A stretch of 64,000 bases of DNA from a virus. Lineage: Duplodnaviria; Caudoviricetes. Under the pieces are notes generated by a model. That model saw only the letters and a program-made list of their open reading frames with translations, had not been told where the DNA came from and made no database searches. Where the stretch lies: positions 160,001-224,000 of the IMG/VR virus record IMGVR_UViG_3300011890_000001; one strand, written 5' to 3'. Both the position numbers and the translations under genes were made by a program. Shown here piece after piece: positions 9,319 to 18,800 of the stretch (the first letter of the stretch is position 1; each line of letters begins with the position of its first letter).

Positions 9319-10050
9319 ATGACGGGATATTACCAAAGGCCGGCCCTTGATTTGCTGACGGATCTCATTAATCGTTCGCAGTCTCTCCCGGCATATTTGA
9401 AAATCAAAGCTTCGAACATCATCCGCATCTCGCCGATTCTGGATCACCGTCCGGATGGCGGTAATACTGAGCTGGTTCTAGGACTCCGCCACCCTTCGCC
9501 GGCAGCGATCACTAATTGCGGCCGCACGATCGAACCAGCTGTGCCCATGTCTGGGCGCACGATCACACTGACCTATAGGCGGCTCTCGCTGGCCGATTAC
9601 TTTACCAGAACCTTTGGTGGGGGCGCTGTAGTCCCGGCAGTCAACGAGTTTGATGAAGTCGATCAAGACGCAATTCTACCTTGGCTGTCAAAGACCTTCG
9701 ATTTCGACACGTCCGACGCTCATGTAGTGCGCGGTAACGCTGCGAACACTTGGAGAGTTGAGTTCCCGGCAGACCACCCTGTCTGGTTTGAGGGTGCCGA
9801 TATTCTGGTCAGTAAGGTTGGTGATATCCGCACGCTCATTTCTCAGCGGGTCATGCCGTATCTGACCTTGAAGGATCTGATGACTGTCACACCGGCGCGT
9901 CCGGTATCGCAACTGGTGCCGAACTGGAAGATGGCCCCGATGCTCAGGTTGTCTGATCTTTCTTTCCCGGTTCCCGACAGGGAACTGTCGGAGTTTATCC
10001 CGAATGCTCAGCTCGATATGTTCGCACTGGCGGATCTTCAGCGCGTCTAA
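9319..10050 (+). CDS. Virion structural protein, phiKZ-like
   Basis: LLTDLINRSQ and TLTYRRLSLADYF motifs recalled from phiKZ-like tail/baseplate proteins; TATG at 9277 upstream. Confidence 0.55.
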   Translation: MTGYYQRPALDLLTDLINRSQSLPAYLKIKASNIIRISPILDHRPDGGNTELVLGLRHPSPAAITNCGRTIEPAVPMSGRTITLTYRRLSLADYFTRTFGGGAVVPAVNEFDEVDQDAILPWLSKTFDFDTSDAHVVRGNAANTWRVEFPADHPVWFEGADILVSKVGDIRTLISQRVMPYLTLKDLMTVTPARPVSQLVPNWKMAPMLRLSDLSFPVPDRELSEFIPNAQLDMFALADLQRV

Positions 10051-10125
10051 GTTTTTTAACGTGTCGACTTATCATGTGACCATTAGGGACAAACCCCTTT
10101 AACGACCTTACTCGGAGTTTCTTCA

Positions 10126-11031
10126 ATGTCGACTGCGACTCGCATTACGCCGCGTGTTATCACGCGCACCATCATTGGTTCGCGACTGCTCGCGACCCTG
10201 CAACAGCAAAAGCCGTACGTGCACGTTGACTTCACCACGCTCAACGAAGCCCTGGGCATCAATGACACCATTCGCCCGAATGTGGGTGAAACGCCGGCGG
10301 CACGCTACTACGCCATTGGTATGGGCGGCCACGTGAACCGCGTTGGCGGCGACGGTGGTCACTACCCCGTCCCGCGAAAGCATCGCCCCGATGACTTCGG
10401 CCTGTACCAGCAGTTGCCGTTCGTGATCCGCGAACTGGGCGACGACCTGACTCCTCAGGAACGCACCCGCTACGGTCTGCGTAAGATCATCGACCACCCG
10501 ACCCGTCCCGGTGAACGCTACATTGCGTATTACCTCAAGCGCATCGACATCGACGATTCGCCGGTTCAGATGAACATCAATACCACGGTCAATGGCGTCA
10601 CCACCACGGTGCCGTTCATTCCAACCAATGCCAACCTGTTCCCCACGCCGGTGGAACCGACTTCAGTGAACGTCAACACCACTGACGGCACCACCCTGAC
10701 CACCTCGTCGCTGGTGGCTTTTGAGTTTGATGCTCAAGACGCCGAGAACCTGATGGAAGTGGCCGAAGTGCTTTACGGTGGCGTAGAGCGCGCACTGATT
10801 TCGGAAATCGCCTACGTGGCGGGTTGCGACCGAGTTGTAAGCGTCAACGATGGCACCAACACGTTCAACATGAACGAAGTCGTTGAAGCTCAGATCGTAA
10901 CCCACATCACTGGTCTGTGGCCGGTGGCTTACGCCTCCGGTGGATTCAGCTTCCAGCTGGATATGGGTGGTACTGAACCGATGGTTGGTATCTCCACCGA
11001 GAACCCCATCACTCCGCCGGTTGGTCCGTAA
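10126..11031 (+). CDS. Conserved phiKZ-like virion structural protein (gp139-like)
   Basis: TTLNE, YYAIGMGGH, LPFVIR..DDL...R.RY.LR, IAYYLKR, ISEIA motifs; lies directly before ruvC as recalled for phiKZ. Confidence 0.65.
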   Translation: MSTATRITPRVITRTIIGSRLLATLQQQKPYVHVDFTTLNEALGINDTIRPNVGETPAARYYAIGMGGHVNRVGGDGGHYPVPRKHRPDDFGLYQQLPFVIRELGDDLTPQERTRYGLRKIIDHPTRPGERYIAYYLKRIDIDDSPVQMNINTTVNGVTTTVPFIPTNANLFPTPVEPTSVNVNTTDGTTLTTSSLVAFEFDAQDAENLMEVAEVLYGGVERALISEIAYVAGCDRVVSVNDGTNTFNMNEVVEAQIVTHITGLWPVAYASGGFSFQLDMGGTEPMVGISTENPITPPVGP

Positions 11032-11079
11032 GTAGTTAAGGACTGCTAAGCTGGCGTTTTAACCAATTGGAACTGAACC

Positions 11080-11664
11080 ATGTTACCACGTCCGGATTTG
11101 AGTAAACCCTTCCGCGTGGTAGGCATCGATCCAGGCACGGAAAGTCTCGGCTTTGCGGTCCTGGATTTGTCCTTGTCGAACCGTAAGGTCACTGTGACGC
11201 ACGTTGAAACTTTGAAGAGTCAGGACGTTCAAAAGAACTACTCTTTGGAGCTAGAGCTTCACGGTGCCCGTACGGCCCGACTGATGGGAATGCACGACCG
11301 CCTAGTAGTACTACTGGAGGTCTTTCAGCCCCACGCCGTTTCCACAGAGTCTCCGTTCATGGGACGCTTCCCACAGGCTTTCGCAGCACTGACTGAATGC
11401 GTGAGCTATGTGCGGCGGGCGGTCGATCGTTACGATCGCTACCAGCCCTTGGAATCGGTTGATCCGCCCACCGCTAAAAAGGCGGTGGGCATGACAGTCA
11501 AGCGCGGCAGTACGAAAGACGATGTAAAGCAAGCTGTTGCCAAGCTGGGCCTCGAGTACGCTGAGGGTATTGTCCTCGACGATCTCGACGAACACTCGGT
11601 CGACGCCATTGCTGTGGCCTACCACCAAGTTCTGAACTTGCTAGATCAGATCCCCACCGACTAA
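11080..11664 (+). CDS. ruvC: RuvC-like Holliday junction resolvase
   Basis: VVGIDPG...GFAV, STESPF, PPTAKKAVG, TKDDV, EHSVDAIAVA: RuvC catalytic motif order. Confidence 0.9.
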   Translation: MLPRPDLSKPFRVVGIDPGTESLGFAVLDLSLSNRKVTVTHVETLKSQDVQKNYSLELELHGARTARLMGMHDRLVVLLEVFQPHAVSTESPFMGRFPQAFAALTECVSYVRRAVDRYDRYQPLESVDPPTAKKAVGMTVKRGSTKDDVKQAVAKLGLEYAEGIVLDDLDEHSVDAIAVAYHQVLNLLDQIPTD

Positions 11665-11681
11665 ATAAGGGACATTCAGAA

Positions 11682-12146
11682 ATGAAGCTCGACGACCTTT
11701 TCACCATGGTTGGCGATCGAGAGCTTTCTTCCCTGCAGTGGGGGGCGAGCGCTATCGAATTGACCAATTCGCTGTTGGACTCAACCCAACAGCTAGCGCC
11801 CACTTGTACTGGTACTGAAGCTCTTGCAAAGCTTCGGGGATTGCCCTTCAGCACTCTGGCATCTATCATTTCCAATGAGATCCAGATTGAAGGAAACACC
11901 ATTTCATTCAACGGGACTGCAATACAGCGCGCCAACGGAACTCCGCCCACGGTACCCAGTGCCAAACAGCAGATGAATCCGATCGTGCTTATCGTTGTCA
12001 TTGTCATGTCGGTCGTTTCTCTCGGCCTGACATTCTCGTCGATGAAAGCCAGCGCCACCTCGGGCGAACAGCCGGAAAGTGAAACCATTCAGGTCATCCT
12101 GAAGTCACTCTCCGAGTTTGCAACCTCAGAGACAACCTCCGAGTAA
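11682..12146 (+). CDS. Hypothetical membrane protein
   Basis: One hydrophobic segment IVLIVVIVMSVVSLGLTF. Confidence 0.65.
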   Translation: MKLDDLFTMVGDRELSSLQWGASAIELTNSLLDSTQQLAPTCTGTEALAKLRGLPFSTLASIISNEIQIEGNTISFNGTAIQRANGTPPTVPSAKQQMNPIVLIVVIVMSVVSLGLTFSSMKASATSGEQPESETIQVILKSLSEFATSETTSE

Positions 12147-12150
12147 GCAC

Positions 12151-12187
12151 CATAAGCCCCTCCCCTTTAAGGGGAGGGGTCTTTATG
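12151..12187. terminator. Bidirectional hairpin terminator between convergent genes
   Basis: CATAAGCCCCTCCCCT-tta-AGGGGAGGGGTCTTTATG. Confidence 0.75.
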
Positions 12188-12201
12188 CTGTTGGTTAGTT
12201 T

Positions 12202-12744
12202 TTAATGATACCCACGGAGAGCCTCCAAACTGACCTTACGGGCCTGTTTGGCCTTAGCCGCGTCGGACGTCCACCCAACGATGTTGTAGGCCTTTACAGC
12301 CCAGTACATGAGCTTACGTTGGATCTTGGGAACGCCCAGCACTTCCATGGCGTGGTAGAAGATCTTGTTGGCTTCATCTCGATCCACGTGGAAGCCGACT
12401 TCTTCCTTATAAGCAATACCTCGCTCACAGAGAATGTCGTGTACCACTGCTGCCTGCGCGTACTTACCCATAGGCGGAATCAACCACCAGAACGGGCGCG
12501 GCACCGAAGCACCGTCGGTCAAGAAACCCTTGGGGACGTAAACCCACTTCGTGGCCGAATCGTCAATGTAGTACTTGAACGATTCGGTAACCTCGTAGTA
12601 GTCCCCCTTCAGGAACTGCGACGCGTAGTGATCATAATGAACACTCAGGCGACCGTCGAAACGTTTGAAGTCTTTAGCGGCAGCCAGTCGTTCACCAGTG
12701 GCGACATAATGGCTGTCAATGTGATGTGGTTGAATTTCTTCCAT
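12202..12744 (-). CDS. DUF1353-family protein
   Basis: VPKGFLTDGASVPRPFW...AAVVHDILC...EANKIF...MYWAV; start reassigned to MEEIQ (12744) behind a GAGGA RBS, removing the overlap with the upstream gene. Confidence 0.8.
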   Translation of the reverse strand: MEEIQPHHIDSHYVATGERLAAAKDFKRFDGRLSVHYDHYASQFLKGDYYEVTESFKYYIDDSATKWVYVPKGFLTDGASVPRPFWWLIPPMGKYAQAAVVHDILCERGIAYKEEVGFHVDRDEANKIFYHAMEVLGVPKIQRKLMYWAVKAYNIVGWTSDAAKAKQARKVSLEALRGYH

Positions 12745-12760
12745 TGTTCTGTCCTCGTGC

Positions 12761-13696
12761 TTAACGTTCCTGCTGGTCGTACGGTTGCTCGGAGCCGCCC
12801 CCACCACCTCCGCCACCGCCGCCACCGCCACCTCCCCCGGAGGTGTTGAGGTTAGCGAATCGGTTTTCATTAACGAAGTACCAACGCCACTGTAGGAGCG
12901 TCTGGCCCGCACGCTTCAAGGTGAACAGGATGGCGCCTCGGGCATAGCGTGACAAACCGCCATTGGCGTCATTACCGCCGGTGGCGGTCATGGTTTGGTC
13001 AAGAACTACCGTGAACACCCGATCCTGATTAAGTGGCATGTCGTTACCCAGACCATTGTGGGCGTTGACATAGTTGTTCATGCTGCCGGTAGAGCTATTG
13101 GGTTCCATGATCCACGAAGTCGCTGGGACGACGTTGTAGTTAACGCGACCCCATTCACTGGACTCCAGCTGCGCGCTGATGGTGTATCCGTCACCGACAG
13201 TACCGTTGGGTTGCGCGGCCCAGTTAGTTGACCAGAGATCAATACCTGTCGGCGCCGGGTAATTGCGAATCGCCTGGCCGTTTTGCGAGACCAGGTTGGA
13301 ATCCTGAACGAAGTTGGTCGAATAGTGCTTGTAGGTGATATAGCCGTTGCGACGAACGGCGACTTCCAGGATAGACTGGGCCCTTGCTCCGACCTGATGT
13401 CGCACAGTGGCCGTCTGGTGAGGCGTGCGCTGATAGTTGCCAATGTCGGATATAGACGGCACAGTGTAGGACACCGTACCCTTACCTGCCCAGTAGTTGG
13501 TGACGTCCAGACCCGTGTCCGGGTGGTAGTAGCCGACATCGGCGACCTTCGATCCGCGACTCAAAGGTGCGAAACGAAGTGGATTGCCACTGGCGTCGTA
13601 GTAGCCCCAGATAGTAACACCATTGGGGTCGTCTTCGAACACCTGTTCAAAGCTAGTGACGCCGTCGCCGCGGTAATATGCTTGACCACCTGCCAT
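12761..13696 (-). CDS. Putative fibre-tip/adhesin protein with 15-residue polyglycine
   Basis: RBS GAGG before ATG 13696; N/T/G/Y-rich; follows an S74 fibre gene; ends NTS-G15-SEQPYDQQER. Confidence 0.6.
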   Translation of the reverse strand: MAGGQAYYRGDGVTSFEQVFEDDPNGVTIWGYYDASGNPLRFAPLSRGSKVADVGYYHPDTGLDVTNYWAGKGTVSYTVPSISDIGNYQRTPHQTATVRHQVGARAQSILEVAVRRNGYITYKHYSTNFVQDSNLVSQNGQAIRNYPAPTGIDLWSTNWAAQPNGTVGDGYTISAQLESSEWGRVNYNVVPATSWIMEPNSSTGSMNNYVNAHNGLGNDMPLNQDRVFTVVLDQTMTATGGNDANGGLSRYARGAILFTLKRAGQTLLQWRWYFVNENRFANLNTSGGGGGGGGGGGGGGGSEQPYDQQER

Positions 13697-13736
13697 GTTC
13701 AATACCTCTGATGTGTTAAGTGTATCCCACCATAAT

Positions 13737-13772
13737 GCAGTGCCCCACCCCTTTTGGCGGGTGGGGCACTGC
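13737..13772 (-). terminator. Hairpin, terminator or processing site
   Basis: GCAGTGCCCCACCC...GGGTGGGGCACTGC 14-bp stem. Confidence 0.65.
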
Positions 13773-13790
13773 CTTACAAATGGTTACCGA

Positions 13791-15863
13791 TTACTTTGAC
13801 AGTTTTTCAACCAGCTCTTCCAGACGCTCCAGACGAGCACGCAATTCAGCGTTCTCGACCCGGAGCGCGTCGGTGGATTCACCAGCCGCGTGCGCCATTT
13901 CCAGAGCCATTGCAGTGTTGTTCAGTGCAATGAACGTCCTTGACGGATTAGTCGGGTCCGGCGTAAACTCGTAGGTATGTTCGGGCGTGTTAGCCTGAAC
14001 ACCTTGCGCGACGTAGCCGTTACCGAAAGTTCCGTCAGCGCGCATTTCCCATTTAGAGAAGTCGTTGAAGCGCCACAACGGACGTGCTGCCACTTTCTGG
14101 ATTTTGCGCTTCAGGCGCTTGTCCGAAGGCTGGAAGCCGCTGCCGGCAATCACGCGACCGCTCAACGAGTAGAAGTTACCGTTACTGTCAAAACGGTAAT
14201 AGGCATTGCCAGCGCGAACAAGCACGTTACCGCTAGCGTCTCCGTAGAGGTAACCGCCGCCACCCAAAGTCAACGTGTTGAGGGTGGCATTACTGCCAAT
14301 CACGACACGGTTGTTGATCTGCGCCTGAAGCGGACCAACTGCAATCGCCTGAATGGCCTGACGGGTACGAGCCGGGGTCATGAAGCGGTTATTGGCAGAA
14401 CCGGCTTCCGCTTCAGGCTGCGACGCCGTGGGGTAGTTATCCACACTACCCAGACCCACATGGGTCTTGGTGGTACCGTGTGGATTGTCCGAACGGTTGA
14501 TGTGCGCAGTCAGGGCGGGGTCAGTGCCAATAATGACGCCGATGCCATTCAACAACGCCACCGTGTTGGCGGGCGTCATGTACAGATTGGTTGCCGTACC
14601 TGCAGCGGCCTGGGCATTCGTGGCGGTAGCGTAGTTATTGACCAGCCCCAGACCGACCTGTTCCTTGGTGACGCTGTGCGGATTGTCGGTGCGCGCAGTA
14701 TGGTTACCGATGGCACTGGTCAGGATATCATTGACTGCGGCTCGCACACCTGCTGGTGTCACGAACAGGTTATTGGCCTGTCCTTGGATGGCCTGCTGGG
14801 CATTGGCGGTGGCGTAGTTATCTACGTTGCCAAGACCCACTTGGGCCTTGGTGACGCTGTGCGGGTTATCCGTACGGTCCACGTGGGCATTCAACGGAAC
14901 CAGTGCTTGTGCCGCAATGGCCTGTTGCACGCGCACTGGCGTCATGTAGGCATCGCCCTGACCTTGCTGTGCCTGAGCCTGCGTAGCGATCGCATAGTTC
15001 TCAACCAGTCCCAGACCTACCTGAGCCTTAGTCACGAAATGCGGGTTGTTGCGGTCGGAAATGTGAGTGTTCAGCGGCGCCAGCGCCAATGCATTGATCG
15101 CATACTTGACCGACAGCGCCGTCATGTAATGGACGTTACTCTCGCCAGCGGCGGCAATGGTCTGATTGGCCACCGGGTAGTTACCCAGATTGCTCAGCCC
15201 GACCTGTTCTTTGGTCACCTGGTGCGGATTATCGCGATCGTTGATGTGGTCTTCGATCTCACCCGTCAGGTCACCGAGCTGGTTGCGCAGGGTGTCAAAG
15301 AGACGATTGAAGTACGCCCGGATTTCATCGAAGGCGGCTTGGTCACCCATGATGATGGCTCGGCGAATCTGATGCAGCTCGGCCACCAGATACTCAAAGC
15401 CAAAGACGTCACCGATATCGTGCCAGTGTGCGGTAGGTGGGAAATAATCCGGCACGTCAATCAGGTCGCCCCAACGAACAGTACGGTTATCCAGATCGAG
15501 AGACTCGATCATCTGACGCAGCGACGCAACAGTGCCGCTGTACTCGCCACCGATCATCTGGGCATCGACTTCAAAACGCGTACCCGGAGTAGTCGGTTCA
15601 ATCAACAGAACGCAACAGACTTCTTGGGTGGCGCGCAGTGAAGCATCGATGTGCAGCTGTACAGCTTTGTAATGGACGTTCGGTTCCAGCACTTCCAACG
15701 AGTCAGCGTTGCGAACAACCAGACCGCGCGTGAAAAACGGACCTCGATCCAAAACAATTGCCCGATAGCCGGTGGCTGCAACTACGTGCAGTTCAGCCGC
15801 CACCTTATTGGTGGCGGCAGTACCGAGCAGATCGAGCGGGAGGTGAATCAACTGGGAATTCAT
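13791..15863 (-). CDS. phiKZ-like tail fibre protein with five NPH repeats and C-terminal S74 chaperone
   Basis: LPLDLLG, FPPTAHWHDIGDVFGFEYLV; five H-x5-NPH-x-(V/T)TK-x-(Q/H)VGL repeats; PSDKRLKRKI...GYVAQGVQ plus coiled coil; start taken at MNSQ. Confidence 0.8.
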   Translation of the reverse strand: MNSQLIHLPLDLLGTAATNKVAAELHVVAATGYRAIVLDRGPFFTRGLVVRNADSLEVLEPNVHYKAVQLHIDASLRATQEVCCVLLIEPTTPGTRFEVDAQMIGGEYSGTVASLRQMIESLDLDNRTVRWGDLIDVPDYFPPTAHWHDIGDVFGFEYLVAELHQIRRAIIMGDQAAFDEIRAYFNRLFDTLRNQLGDLTGEIEDHINDRDNPHQVTKEQVGLSNLGNYPVANQTIAAAGESNVHYMTALSVKYAINALALAPLNTHISDRNNPHFVTKAQVGLGLVENYAIATQAQAQQGQGDAYMTPVRVQQAIAAQALVPLNAHVDRTDNPHSVTKAQVGLGNVDNYATANAQQAIQGQANNLFVTPAGVRAAVNDILTSAIGNHTARTDNPHSVTKEQVGLGLVNNYATATNAQAAAGTATNLYMTPANTVALLNGIGVIIGTDPALTAHINRSDNPHGTTKTHVGLGSVDNYPTASQPEAEAGSANNRFMTPARTRQAIQAIAVGPLQAQINNRVVIGSNATLNTLTLGGGGYLYGDASGNVLVRAGNAYYRFDSNGNFYSLSGRVIAGSGFQPSDKRLKRKIQKVAARPLWRFNDFSKWEMRADGTFGNGYVAQGVQANTPEHTYEFTPDPTNPSRTFIALNNTAMALEMAHAAGESTDALRVENAELRARLERLEELVEKLSK

Positions 15864-15890
15864 ACCCACTTTCTCCAGCAATAGTGAAAA

Positions 15891-18800
15891 TTAGATCGTG
15901 ACCAGGTTTGCGTTTGCGCGCATGTAGGCTTCGATGAGGATCGGTTGCAGTCGACCATTACGCTGAGCGTGATAGAAGACACCGTTCCAGTCGCTGTAAT
16001 AGAAACGGTTCGGACGAACCACCGGGTTGTTCAGACCCAGGTAGGACATATCCCAACCGGTACCGTTGTAGCGATAGAAACGCTGACGACCGTTATCGTC
16101 CGGATGACCGATGCGCACGTAGTCGCGATAACGCTGCGGGCGCTGAAGGAAACGGAAGGTGGTCTTGGGCTGACGGACGCTGACAATACCCCAGTAGCTG
16201 GGACGATCAACGAAGTCGGCCAAACCGGCAGTGGTGGCGAGGTCGATGGTCACCTTTTCGCCGGCCAGGTAAGTGGTCGAGCCAAAATCAGTGGTTTCCA
16301 TTTCCAGGATATTGCCAGTGCGCGTAACGCGGATGCGAACAGCGCCAGCATTATCCCAACCGTCACCCGTGTAGGTCGTGGGATCACGATTCGCATCCGG
16401 CGCACCGGTGTCGCCCCAGGCCAGCAGTCCGTGAGTCGAACCCAGGTTGATTTCATCGCCTTGGTCGACGTGAAGGGCAACCTGCTTCAACTTGAACTTT
16501 TGACCGCCGGCGTTGGCAACCACGGCCAGACCGCCGGGGGTGCGCACCATCGAGATGGCGTGCGGACGATTGCCGACATTGACGACTGCGGCCAGAACAC
16601 CAGCGCCGTTGGCTTCGGAGGACGAGGAGGTGATCTCCACTTCGAAGCGGTAGTTCAGTGCGGTCTTGGTCGAATGCAACATTGCATTACCTTCGACCGT
16701 GGCTGCGTCGAGCAACACGCCGCCCTGGTTACTGTTCCAACCCCACTGATCCAACACAGTCATGTCGTCGTACAGGTAGTTGGAGCGGCGACCCGACCAG
16801 GCGTAGAAATCGCCGTATTCCTGCTGCATGTTATTTTCCACAACACGAGCGGTCAGTTCGTCGGCATCGGTGGAGGCCACCGAAACGTATTCGATCAGCG
16901 AACCGTTCACCTGCTCAGGACGGAAGTTACCCGGCATGTCGCCGAAAGTAACGTCACCCTGAATAGCGCGCTGACGCGCATACGGAGGCATGGAGTAGGC
17001 CAGGTAGACGATACCGGCCGGTGCATTCACCGTGGTGGTGGCGGTGGACTCGAAGAAACGCTCCTTCTCGGCGATCGGTGTGACGATGATCGGCGCACGA
17101 CCACCCGGTGCACGCGCATACAGACGAACGACAGTATTGGACCCCTGCACTTCGCTAACATAACCAAATGCAGTATCGCGACTGAAGCTCTCACTACCTA
17201 CCGTCAGAGACGAAAGGCTGAGATTGCGCAGAGCCAGCACCAGTCGGAAGGTCGACGACACACCAAAGGTGGCTGGTTCGCCGCCGGTGATATCTGCAAC
17301 GATATCGCCCTGGTCCAGAGCCATGGCGGTCGGGTAGGTGATCTCACCCAGCTTCGTCCAGATGTAGCCGATGCTCGTTGCGCCCGTCGGGTAGAACACC
17401 TGAGGACGGGCAGCATCCAGTACCTGTTCGGCAGTCATGCCTTCCAGCATCGCACTGTCCGCCGCCTGCGCGCTGGTGTCAAGCTTGTTCAGCAGCAGGT
17501 TATCGACTTCGTCCGTATCGTAAGCGCCGACTTGGGCGGCAGTCACGTCATGCGGATTGTTGCGGTCCTGCGCGTGGTTCGTGAAGGAAGTACCCACCAG
17601 TTCCTGGATGGCCACTTTGACGCCCGCCGGGGTCATAAAGTGCGTCGTCGAATTACCGGCTGCTGCCATGATCGAATCGGCAGTGGCAAAGTTGTCGACA
17701 TTACCCAGACCGACTTGGTCCTTCGTCACTTCGTGCGGGTTATCCATGTCGGCCAAGTGGAGATCCACGCGCGGATCCACGCCGCCAGTGCCCGAACCGC
17801 CACCAAGTGCAACAATCAAAGCGCGGGTAGTTGCCGGGGTCATGAACAGGTTGGTAGCCTGACCCAACACTGCCTGCTGTTCGTCAGCAGTAGCAAAGTT
17901 GTCGACATTACCCAGACCAACCTGACCCTTCGTGGTGCCGTGCGGATTATCCGAATCGTTCAGATGTGCGGTCAACTGCTGACCCACCGTGAGGGACACG
18001 TAGTCGGCCACGCGCTGAGGAGTCATGTAGTGTGCATTGGACACACCCGCCTGAGCGTGAGCCAGCGTCGCCACCGGCAGGTTCTCCACATTACCCAGGC
18101 CCACGTGGACCTTGGTGGTGTTGTGGGGGTTATCCTGGTCGTTGACGTGTGCAGTCAGTCCGTCGTTAGCCTGGGCCTGGATGGCCTCACGCACACCGGC
18201 CGGCGTCATGAAGTGCGAGGTGGACTGACCCAGTCGGGCAGTCGGGGCGTCGGCGGTGGGGAAGTTATCCACACTGCCCAAGCCGACCTGCCCCTTCGTG
18301 ACAGCATGCGGGTTGTTGAGGTCGGAGCTATGTGCGGCGATCATGCCAGCCACCGGACCATTCACCACAGCGGTCAGACCGGCCGGAGTAATGAACAGGT
18401 TCGTCGCGCTGCCGGCTACCGCCTGCTGCGCGGTGGCGGTGCCGTAGTTGTCGACATTACCCAAACCCACATGCGTCTTAGTGGTGTTGTGCGGGTTGTC
18501 GGAACGATTGATGTGGGTCGTCAGTGCGTTACCGATGAGCGCTTCGATCAACTGCGCGGTGCGCAGCGGAGTCATATACCGGTTATTGACAACGCCCTGC
18601 TGCGCTTCACCTACCGTGGCGACCGAGTAGTCGTTCACCGACCCCAAACCGACCTGCGCCTTGGTCACCTGGTGGGGATTATCGTAATCCGCCAAATGGT
18701 TAGCCAGTCCACTGGCACCGGAAGCTTCCAGTGCGTCGCGAATCTCACGCAGTGCCTCAACGGTTTCCGTCATCCCCACCATGTCCTGGAGATTCCAGTC

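Noticed and set aside
12745-12912. Upstream extensions of ORF-track calls (also 21170-21313, 19251-19313, 38074-38145, 59315-59383)
   Set aside because: They overlap neighbouring genes, terminators or promoter gaps; internal starts are better placed, mostly behind clear RBSs
14380-18700. Regularly spaced ~180-bp repeats as a possible CRISPR array or DGR template/variable pair
   Set aside because: They are degenerate in-frame protein repeats varying at synonymous sites; no cas or reverse transcriptase gene is present
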